A DNA stretch of 63,887 bases, filler included, from Caldilineae bacterium (GTDB taxonomy: Bacteria; Chloroflexota; Anaerolineae; DTLA01): assembly GCA_037446815.1 (NCBI GenBank). It is 7 parts of 7 records of this genome, joined end to end, with 100 filler letters (N's around TTAATTAATTAA, not from the genome) between each part and the next. Parts side by side here need not be neighbours in the genome. Positions count along the whole stretch, not along the records: positions 51,335 to 61,412 come from JBBIHX010000108.1; positions 61,513 to 63,887 come from JBBIHX010000254.1; 5 more parts are not named here. One strand, 5' to 3'. A program made the position numbers and the translations under genes. Every line of letters starts with the position of its first letter. Position 1 is the first letter of the stretch. Shown here one piece after another: positions 55,807 to 63,887 of the stretch. The notes beneath the pieces were generated by a model that searched no databases, was not told the DNA's origin, and saw only the letters and a program-made list of their open reading frames with translations.

Positions 55807-57174
55807 TTGCCGAAAGCCAAGACGGTGTACGTGTGCCAGCAGTGCGGGAGCACATCGCCCAAGTGGGTGGGGCGCTGCCCAGATTGCGGCGAGTGGAACA
55901 CCATGGTGGAGACGGTGGTAGAGCCCGCCCGCGAAGCCGCAAGCCGCGCAGCGCCCGTTCTCCGCGCCAAGCCCCAACCTATGCGCGAAATCCGCTCCGA
56001 CGGGTTTGACCGCATCCCCGTCTCCATGGGCGAGATGCAGCGCGTGCTGGGCGGCGGCATCGTTCCGGGGTCGGTCGTCCTCATCGGCGGCGACCCGGGC
56101 ATCGGCAAATCCACGCTCCTGCTCCAGATGTCCGCCGACCAGGCCGCCCAAGGGCGGCGCGTGCTTTACGTGTCCGGCGAAGAGTCCCCCCAGCAGATCA
56201 AGATGCGCGCCCAGCGCCTGGGCGTGGACGGCGATGCCCTCTACGTGCTCCCCGAAACCAGCCTCCAGCAGATTCTGGAGCAGATTGAGCAGATGAAGCC
56301 CGGCTTCGTCGTCGTGGACTCCGTCCAGGCCATTTATTCGGAGGACTTGGAGTCCTCGGCGGGGAGCGTGAGCCAGGTGCGTGAGTGCGCCGCCGCGCTG
56401 CAACGCCTGGCGAAGTCGCTCATCGTCCCCATCTTCCTGGTGGGCCACGTAACCAAGAGCGGCGTCATCGCAGGCCCGCGCGTGCTGGAGCACATTGTGG
56501 ACACCGTGCTGTACCTGGAAGGCGACCGCTTCCACTCGTACCGACTGCTGCGCGCCGTCAAGAACCGCTTCGGCTCCACCAATGAGGTCGGCGTCTTCAG
56601 CATGGAGGAGCAAGGGCTGGCCGAAGTGGCGAACCCGTCCGAGGCGTTCCTGGCCGAGCGGCTGCCCTCGGCGTCGGGGTCGGCCATCGCGGTAACCATG
56701 GAGGGCACGCGGCCCATCCTGGTGGAGATTCAGGCGCTGGCCAGCACCACGAGTTTCGGCCTGCCCCGCCGCACGGCCAATGGCGTGGACATCAACCGCC
56801 TGCTGTTGCTGGTCGCCGTCCTGTCCAAGCGCGTCGGTATCCGCCTGGGGGATCAGGACGTTTTTGTGAATGTGGTGGGCGGGCTGCGCATCACCGAACC
56901 GGCGGCGGATTTGGCCATCGCCCTGGCCATCGCGTCCAGCGTGCGGGACACGCCCGTGGCGGCGGATATGGCCATCATCGGCGAGGTGGGCCTCTCGGGC
57001 GAGTTGCGGTCGGTAAGCCAGACCGAGCGGCGGCTGATAGAGGCGGCGCGGTTGGGCTTCCGCCGCTGCCTGATTCCGAAGACCGGCGCGCGGGTGCGGA
57101 ATGTCCCGTCGGGACTGGAGGTGCTGCAAAGCCGCACCGTGGACGAGGCGCTGGAACTCGCAATGCCGCGATGA
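55807..57174 (+). CDS. radA: DNA repair protein RadA/Sms
   Basis: CQQCG..CPDC zinc finger, GDPGIGKSTLL, KNRFG. Confidence 0.97.
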   Translation: MPKAKTVYVCQQCGSTSPKWVGRCPDCGEWNTMVETVVEPAREAASRAAPVLRAKPQPMREIRSDGFDRIPVSMGEMQRVLGGGIVPGSVVLIGGDPGIGKSTLLLQMSADQAAQGRRVLYVSGEESPQQIKMRAQRLGVDGDALYVLPETSLQQILEQIEQMKPGFVVVDSVQAIYSEDLESSAGSVSQVRECAAALQRLAKSLIVPIFLVGHVTKSGVIAGPRVLEHIVDTVLYLEGDRFHSYRLLRAVKNRFGSTNEVGVFSMEEQGLAEVANPSEAFLAERLPSASGSAIAVTMEGTRPILVEIQALASTTSFGLPRRTANGVDINRLLLLVAVLSKRVGIRLGDQDVFVNVVGGLRITEPAADLAIALAIASSVRDTPVAADMAIIGEVGLSGELRSVSQTERRLIEAARLGFRRCLIPKTGARVRNVPSGLEVLQSRTVDEALELAMPR

Positions 57175-57605
57175 NNNNNNNNNNNNNNNNNNNNNNNNNN
57201 NNNNNNNNNNNNNNNNNNNNNNNNNNNNNNNNNNNNNNNNNNNNNNNNNNNNNNNNNNNNNNNNNNNNNNNNNNCCGCGATGACGTTGACTTTTCGCGCA
57301 ACCTGTGTTATCATTATGTAGATATTCTTTTCGTCGGTTGTTCACATACATAATCGGCGCTGCGTGGCCCGCAGTGGCAAGACATTTTTCTATCATCCCT
57401 GGCACTTATTGGTTGTTCGTTTTCCGAAATCGTTTCAGCATCGCCTGCGGCAAGAAGGATCGGACTACGAAGAGTGCACGGGATGTGCGCTCTTCTTTTT
57501 TCGCGGCAGGTCGGCCGCAATTCTGTTCGGATAGGAGGTGAGCGAAGTCAATGTTTCGGTAGGGGGCGTCAACCCGCGAATGACAAGGCTTGTAAGGAGA
57601 GGGTC

Positions 57606-58643
57606 ATGGCAAGTGAATTCATTGTCCGTATCATTGGCATGATCGTTCTGGGATTAATCGGCTGGGAGGTTGGCGTTTTACTTGGCGGGCGGGTGGATAC
57701 GCAGTCGGTGCGCTACATCCTGACGCTGTCGCTGGCGGGGGCGGCTCTGGGGCTGCTCATTACCCCCTATCTGGTGCTGCGCCCCATCCGCGCTATCCGC
57801 AACTACATCCGCACCGCATCGGCCCAACAGGTGATTTCCGGCATGGCGGGGCTGGTGGTGGGACTCATTGCCTCGGCCCTGCTGGCGTTGCCGCTGTCGT
57901 TCCTCCCGTCGCCGTGGGGACGGGCGCTGCCCGCCGCCTTTGCAGTGCTGTTGGGTTATCTGGGCACGTTTATCGGCGTGGTGCGCCACCGAGACTTCTT
58001 CGCGCTCATGAGCGGGCGGATGAGCCGAGAGGTCAGCCGCGAGGACAATATCGTGCTTCTGGATACCAGCGTTATTATTGACGGGCGCGTCGCCGACATC
58101 AGCCATACCGGCTTCATCAGCGGCACCATGATCGTGCCGCGGTTCGTGCTCAACGAGATTCAGCACATCGCCGACTCGCCCGACCCGCTGCGGCGAGCCC
58201 GCGGGCGGCGCGGCCTGGACATGCTGAACCGACTGCAGAAGGAGTCCGTTGTTCCCATTCGCGTCGCCGACCTGGACATTGAGGACGTGCGCGACGTGGA
58301 CGACAAACTGGTGATGCTGGCCAAGCGACTGAGGGCCCCCATCCTCACCAATGACTACAACTTGAACCGCGTCGCCGAACTCCAGGGCGTGACGGTGCTC
58401 AACATCAACGAATTGGCCAACGCGGTGCGCGCCGTCGTCCTGCCGGGCGAGACCCTCAGCGTGAGCATCATTCAGGAGGGCAAGGAACTCGGCCAGGGGG
58501 TGGGGTATCTGGACGATGGCACAATGGTGGTGGTGGAAAACGGCCGTCGGCACATCGGCCAGACCATCACGGTGATTGTTACGAAAGTGCTGCAAACGGC
58601 CGCCGGCCGCATGATTTTCGCCCAGATTGAGGGGGCGAAGTAG
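57606..58643 (+). CDS. membrane PIN/TRAM-domain protein (YacL-like)
   Basis: About 4 TM segments, LLDTSVIIDGR, TNDYNLN, GYLDDGTMVVVE, GRMIFA; promoter TTGACT-17-TATCAT at 57286-57314. Confidence 0.93.
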   Translation: MASEFIVRIIGMIVLGLIGWEVGVLLGGRVDTQSVRYILTLSLAGAALGLLITPYLVLRPIRAIRNYIRTASAQQVISGMAGLVVGLIASALLALPLSFLPSPWGRALPAAFAVLLGYLGTFIGVVRHRDFFALMSGRMSREVSREDNIVLLDTSVIIDGRVADISHTGFISGTMIVPRFVLNEIQHIADSPDPLRRARGRRGLDMLNRLQKESVVPIRVADLDIEDVRDVDDKLVMLAKRLRAPILTNDYNLNRVAELQGVTVLNINELANAVRAVVLPGETLSVSIIQEGKELGQGVGYLDDGTMVVVENGRRHIGQTITVIVTKVLQTAAGRMIFAQIEGAK

Positions 58644-58932
58644 CCGGACGCGCTTGCAGAGGTTCATGGGCCGCTGGGTGCCATCGGCCAGATTTCGCCC
58701 CAAAGGCTGGCGCGCATCAGGAAGCGTCTGTCGGACTGGCTGCTTGAGGGCTAACGGATGGCAAGCGGCGCACACGCTGCGTGTACGGAGGCGACCAATG
58801 CTTGGATATGACTCGCGGATGCGGAGCGCGTGGAAGTGCATCTGTACGCGGGGAAGGCGCCGATGAGGCCCTTCCCAACCCCAATGCACAGAAACGCTTG
58901 TACTTCCCATTCCTGGGTATGGAGGCAAAACC

Positions 58933-60396
58933 ATGGCGCTCCGAGTGTTCAATTCCCTGTCGCGACAACTGGAACTGTTTGAACCCATCCACGAGGGACG
59001 GGTGGGAATCTACGTCTGCGGCCCCACGGTGCACAACGACGCGCACCTGGGCCATGGCAAGACCTACGTCAACTTTGACACCGTCGTGCGCTATCTGCGC
59101 TATCTGGGGTACAAGGTGCTGCACGTCCAGAACATCACCGACGTGGGCCATCTGCTGGACACGGGCGAAGACCGCATCCTCAAGGGGGCCAAGCGCGAGC
59201 GACTCAATCCCTGGGTGCTGGTGGAGTACTACGAGCGGCGCTTCTTCCGGGACATGGACACGCTCAACGTAACCCGCCCCGACATCACGCCCCACGCCAC
59301 GTGCCACATTCCCGAGCAGATAGAACTGGTCAAGACGCTGATAGAAAAGGGCTACGCCTACGAGGTCAACGGGTCGGTGTACTTCTCGGTGCGCAAGTGG
59401 CCGGAGTACGGCAAACTGTCGGGCCGCAAGGTGGACGAACTGATAGAGGGCGCGCGCGTGGAAGTCCTGCCGGAGAAGCGCGACCCCGCCGACTTCGCCC
59501 TGTGGAAACGCGCCGAGCCGGAGCACATCATGCAGTGGCCCAGCCCGTGGGGTATGGGTTTCCCCGGCTGGCACATTGAGTGCTCGGCGATGTCCACCAA
59601 GTACCTGGGCCAGCCCTTTGACATCCACGGCGGGGGCATGGAAAACAAGTTCCCCCACCACGAATGCGAGATCGCCCAGAGCGAGGCGGCCACGGGCAAG
59701 CCCTTCGCCAAGTATTGGCTCCACAATGGGATGCTCATGATTCGCGGCGAGGAGATGCACAAGTCGCTGGGCAACTTCATCACGCTGGAGCAGGCGTTCC
59801 AGCAGTATTCGCCCATGACCATCCGCTTCTTCATCCTGGGCAGCCACTACCGAAGCCCGCTGGATGTAACCGACGAGGCGCTGACCGCGGCGGCAAAGGG
59901 CGTGGAGCGCCTGTACGGAACCATGCGCCGAGTCCGCGCCCAGATGGACGAGGCCGCGTCGGGGCCGGTGTCCGACGCCGTCGCGGGCCTTGTGGCCGAT
60001 GCCGAGGCCCGCTTCCGCGAGGCCATGGACGACGACTTCAACACCGCCAACGCCCTGGCCGTCCTGTTTGACCTGAACCGCGAGGTCAACAAGATGGCGC
60101 ACGAGGGCGCGCCCATCAGCCGCGAATCGTGGCAACAGGTGGATGCGCTGTACGGCCGCCTTGTCGGGGACGTGCTTGGGCTCATTACGCCGGAGACGTA
60201 CCAGACACAGACGGCCGGCCTGACCGACGACCTGCTGCGGCTGTTGGTGGAGACCCGCGCGGAACTGCGCCAGGCCAAGCAGTGGGCGCTGGCCGACCGC
60301 ATCCGCGACCGCTTGGGCGCGCTCGGCGTCGCCCTGGAGGACAGGCCCGACGGCACAACCTGGCGCATTCGGCCTCCCGAGGCCGGCGAGGAGTAA
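58933..60396 (+). CDS. cysS: cysteine--tRNA ligase
   Basis: [36 protein letters not shown]. Confidence 0.97.
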   Translation: MALRVFNSLSRQLELFEPIHEGRVGIYVCGPTVHNDAHLGHGKTYVNFDTVVRYLRYLGYKVLHVQNITDVGHLLDTGEDRILKGAKRERLNPWVLVEYYERRFFRDMDTLNVTRPDITPHATCHIPEQIELVKTLIEKGYAYEVNGSVYFSVRKWPEYGKLSGRKVDELIEGARVEVLPEKRDPADFALWKRAEPEHIMQWPSPWGMGFPGWHIECSAMSTKYLGQPFDIHGGGMENKFPHHECEIAQSEAATGKPFAKYWLHNGMLMIRGEEMHKSLGNFITLEQAFQQYSPMTIRFFILGSHYRSPLDVTDEALTAAAKGVERLYGTMRRVRAQMDEAASGPVSDAVAGLVADAEARFREAMDDDFNTANALAVLFDLNREVNKMAHEGAPISRESWQQVDALYGRLVGDVLGLITPETYQTQTAGLTDDLLRLLVETRAELRQAKQWALADRIRDRLGALGVALEDRPDGTTWRIRPPEAGEE

Positions 60397-60504
60397 TGCC
60401 CACGGTCGGAGGTGTCGGTGGGGATTCACCGCGGAGAACCAGAATGGATTCTCTGCATTCTCCCTGTCTCTGCGGTGATACTCCTTATCTGCGAGGGGGA
60501 TTGA

Positions 60505-61263
60505 ATGCCGGGCTTTGAGGTGCTGTACGGACGGAACGCCGTCCTGGAGACCCTGCGGGCCAACCGGCGGCGGTTCTACCGCCTGCTGGTGGCGCAGAAC
60601 GTGGCGGCCGGCGGCGCGGTGGGCCACATCCTCGCCGAGGCGCGCGCCCGCAACGTCCCCCATGTGGCGGTGGAGCGCGACGCGCTGGACAAACTGGTGG
60701 GCAAGGACGCGGGCCACCATCAGGGGGTGGCGCTGGAGACGAGCGGCTACCCCTATGTCCCGTGGCAGCAGGCGCTGCGGGCGTGCCAGCAGGCAGGGGA
60801 CAAGGCGCTCTTCCTTGTCCTGGATTGCCTGCAAGACCCGCAGAACCTGGGCAGCCTTCTGCGGACGGCAGAAGCGGTCGGCGTGCACGGCGTCGTAATC
60901 CCCAAACGCCGCGCGGTGGAGATCACCCCCGCCGTGGTGAACGCTTCGGCGGGCGCGACGGAGCACCTGCGCGTGGACATCGTGAGCAACCTGGCGCAAA
61001 CGCTGGAGCAGATGAAGCGGGAGAACGTGTGGGCCGTGGGGCTGGAAGCGACGCCCACAGCGCTGCTGTACACCGAGGCCGACCTGAACCGCTCCCTGGC
61101 GCTTGTCGTGGGGAGCGAGGGGAGCGGCATCAGCCGCCTTCTGCGCGACCGGTGCGACTTCCTGATTCGCCTGCCGATGCGGGGGAAGGTGGGATCGCTC
61201 AATGCTGCCGTGGCGGGGTCGGTGGCGCTCTACGAGATCGCCCGCCAGCGGCAGGGCGGATGA
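60505..61263 (+). CDS. rlmB: 23S rRNA Gm2251 methyltransferase (SpoU family)
   Basis: HQGV, QDPQNLGSLLR, GSEGSG, SLNAAVA. Confidence 0.93.
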   Translation: MPGFEVLYGRNAVLETLRANRRRFYRLLVAQNVAAGGAVGHILAEARARNVPHVAVERDALDKLVGKDAGHHQGVALETSGYPYVPWQQALRACQQAGDKALFLVLDCLQDPQNLGSLLRTAEAVGVHGVVIPKRRAVEITPAVVNASAGATEHLRVDIVSNLAQTLEQMKRENVWAVGLEATPTALLYTEADLNRSLALVVGSEGSGISRLLRDRCDFLIRLPMRGKVGSLNAAVAGSVALYEIARQRQGG

Positions 61264-61512
61264 CGCGGTTGCCGCGCGGGGCTAAAGCCGCCGTTCCCTC
61301 GCCCGCCGGGAGAGGGTCAGGGTGAGGGCCGCGCGGGTGGGACAGGCCTCACCCCCTCAATCCCCCTCTCCGCAAGCGGAGAGGGGGAAGCCGAAGGCGG
61401 AGGTGAGGTAGCNNNNNNNNNNNNNNNNNNNNNNNNNNNNNNNNNNNNNNNNNNNNTTAATTAATTAANNNNNNNNNNNNNNNNNNNNNNNNNNNNNNNN
61501 NNNNNNNNNNNN

Positions 61513-63536
61513 CGCTCGCAGTGAATCCGCTTGTCGGTCCAGCCGGGCAGCGACGGGTGGTGCGCGACCTTGTCCAGCGCGCCCCACGTCAGCGCAGAAC
61601 CGCCCTCCAAGCAGCCGTTCGCCGCGGCCTCCCAGTCGCTGAGGCGGGGCGCGCCGCTGGTGTTGTTGGACTGGACGAGGGTGCCCACGAGGTCCAGCCC
61701 CTCAATCAGGTAGTTGATGTGCGCGCCCGCCACGTGGTTGCCGCGCAATGTCAGCGTCTGGCCCGCGGCCACGTGCGCCCACTCCTGGCACTGCCCGCCC
61801 TCGGGGCACAGCGTTCCGGCGGGCGGCGCGGGTTCCACTGTGCAAGAGTTCGGGTTGCCCACCGCGCGCGGGTGCGCGCTGCCCACGCACCCCGCACCCC
61901 ACATGTGCGTGCCCAGGTTGATGCCCGCATGGATGCCGCCGCAGGTGGTGCTGGAGACGCTCGTTACCGTGTTGGAGATGACCTGCACGCCCGACACGTC
62001 GCCGAAGATCCAGGGGTGGATGGCGATGCCCGCGAACGCGCCGTAGTTGCCGGCCGTGGACTGGATGGTGTTGCTGGAGATGATCGTGTTCCTGCCGCCG
62101 AAGAAGACGATGCCCACGTCGGACGCGTTGATGATGGTGTTGCCGGTGATCCGATGGTTGGGGCCGGTGAGGGTCATGCCGTCGGACCAGCCGCCCCGGG
62201 GCTCGTCGTTGTCGGTGAGCGCGCAGGCGGTTCGGTGAACATGGTCGCCCGCGATGTCAATCGTGGTGTTGCGGATGGTGCTGGCCGCCGCGCCCATGCC
62301 CAGCGCCGTGCCGCATTCGGTGTTGGAGATGCGCACATTGTCCACCAGCAGGCCGGTGCTCCACGCGCCGGGGTGCGCCGCATAGTTCTGGTCGCTCCAG
62401 TCCATGCCGCCGTTCATGGCCAGCGAGCCAGGGAGGCACCAGGGATCGCCCGGGCTGGAGCATTCGGGCAGCCACGAGCCCCAGTTGTCGCCGATGCCGT
62501 TGGACACGTCATCGGGGCCGAAGCAGACGCGCGCAGCCCGGTTGCCGTCAATGTCCAGGTGGCTGATGGTGATGTTGTCAATGTCGCCGGGGTTGAGAAT
62601 CCGCGAGCGGGCCTGCAACTGCACCACAAACCCCTTGAGACTCGCGGTGGCTTTGAGCAGCGCGTGGTTGGACGTGTTCGTGGATCGGAAGGTGAGGTTG
62701 CTCTTGGCCGATGTCGCCACCAGGAAGATGGTCTTGTCAATCTGGTACCCCTGGTAGCCGGGGCTGCCCACGCCCGACGTGAACGTAACGGTATCGCCGG
62801 GGCACGTGGAGTCAATGGCTGCCTGGATGGCGTCGGAGTCGGGGGCCGTGTCCCACGGGTTCGCGCCCCACGAATCCACGTTGATCGTCGCCGCGCCCGA
62901 CGGCTCCAGGCCCACCACCACGCTGCGGAAGATTTCGGCGCCATCGCCGCGGTCATCCAGGCGGAAGTCCGCCCCGTTGTCGCGGTTGCCGAAGTAGGCG
63001 TCGCAGATGAGGAACGAAGCCGTGCGCCACTGGTGGCTGTTGGTCTTCTGGACGACGGCGGTGCTGAGGAATTGGCCATTCCCAAACGGCCCGCCGGAGA
63101 CACCGTCGTACTGAATCACCCAGGTGTCCGTTCCATTGTCGTAGTACTCCACAAGGATGCGCACGCGCGTGGTGGGCGTGCCGTTGAAAATGACGGCGTC
63201 GGACGCGCGGAGTTGCAGGAAACTGTCGGGGATCGTGTTGCCATCGGGCGAGGGTAGCGCTACGCCGTTGCCGGTCTTGCGCGCGGTTACACCCGACAGA
63301 TTCACCGCCTGCGTGTCCACGTCGCCGCCGGTGTCCATCCACAGCCCGTTGGAGATATTGGTGGACCCCAGCACGATTGACAGGCCGCGAGCGTTCTTGG
63401 AAACGACCGGCAGGCGGAGGCGCTTGGGCGCGGGCGCCGATTGAGGGTCGGGCGGCGCCCCAACAGAGCCTTGAACGAAGAGCAAGGGCGACAATGCGAT
63501 GCCGAGGGCCAGCAACAGGGAAAAACCGCGCTTCAT
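61513..63536 (-). CDS. secreted right-handed beta-helix protein with a CBM-like N-domain; C-terminus truncated
   Basis: Signal peptide, D..AIQAAID, parallel beta-helix repeats, many Cys; SD GGAGGT. Confidence 0.8.
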
Positions 63537-63776
63537 GGTACACCTCCCAAAGAGCACCTGAATCCAGGAGCAGCCTATGGCCGCAACGCCAGCACGAGCG
63601 CCACGCGCCCGGAAATCCGCAACGGCGCCCCTGACGAGCGCACCTCCGCCCGCGGGAAGGCGCCAGGCAGTATCGCGGCACGCTGGAGACGAGCGGTCTG
63701 ATAGCGGTGAGCCTACTGAGGATTGCGATGGCAAACAGAGCGTGCTTCACGCCTTCGCTGTGGCGCTTTGTAGGGC

Positions 63777-63872
63777 ATTCTACCATGAGCGCACCGGGAA
63801 GTCAAAGGGTGTCATGATTGGATTCGGTTCCAAAGCGTCGCGATTTGACATTGCGGCATGTGCACCTATAAT
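63777..63872. promoter_or_regulatory. divergent sigma70 promoters flanking a solo MITE TIR (63821-63835)
   Basis: Minus strand TTGACT-17-TAGAAT (63805-63777); plus strand TTGACA-16-TATAAT (63845-63872). Confidence 0.65.
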
Positions 63873-63887
63873 GAGTCCGCTTCTCGG

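Noticed and set aside
57166..57283. CCGCGATGA duplicated on both sides of a 100-N gap, suggesting a hidden insertion with a TSD
   Set aside because: Equally explained by scaffold overlap, and the 11-bp distance to the -35 box does not fit the MITE rule; cannot be resolved without reads.
63540..63775. Long leader of the last gene as a possible riboswitch
   Set aside because: No recognisable aptamer consensus or terminator that I can support by eye.

Overview
High-GC bacterial DNA, most consistent with Chloroflexota/Anaerolineae (inferred from gene content: fused glyQS, Pro/Thr-linker surface proteins with LPxxxK/R tails, mvk-ubiX-ubiD). The window is not one locus. It is seven contigs joined by artificial N44-TTAATTAATTAA-N44 linkers, and the complete ones run in descending length (10189, 10136, 10111, 10101, 10078 bp), so adjacency across linkers means nothing. 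Most genes are housekeeping (glmS, deoB, PFK, fba, tilS-rlmI-hpt, recO-glyQS, rpsA, clpC-radA-PIN/TRAM-cysS-rlmB), plus cell-surface, glycosylation and transport genes. Main observations: (1) A ~150-bp MITE family (11 full copies plus fragments, mostly 8-bp TSDs). At 10 of 12 loci it sits 14-15 bp upstream of a sigma70 -35 position. It carries two interchangeable REP-like cores, inserts in tandem, and has disrupted a hicA toxin. (2) A glmS ribozyme with a 40-nt two-hairpin insertion in its core. (3) A stand-alone ~150-nt structured transcript with a 17-codon ORF and switchable SD sequestration. (4) An mvk-ubiX-ubiD operon of the archaeal-type mevalonate pathway. (5) A PHP + AlbA_2/Schlafen-like fusion. 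(6) An active plus catalytically dead nitrilase pair. (7) A shared terminal LP motif on secreted proteins and a consensus sigma54 promoter.
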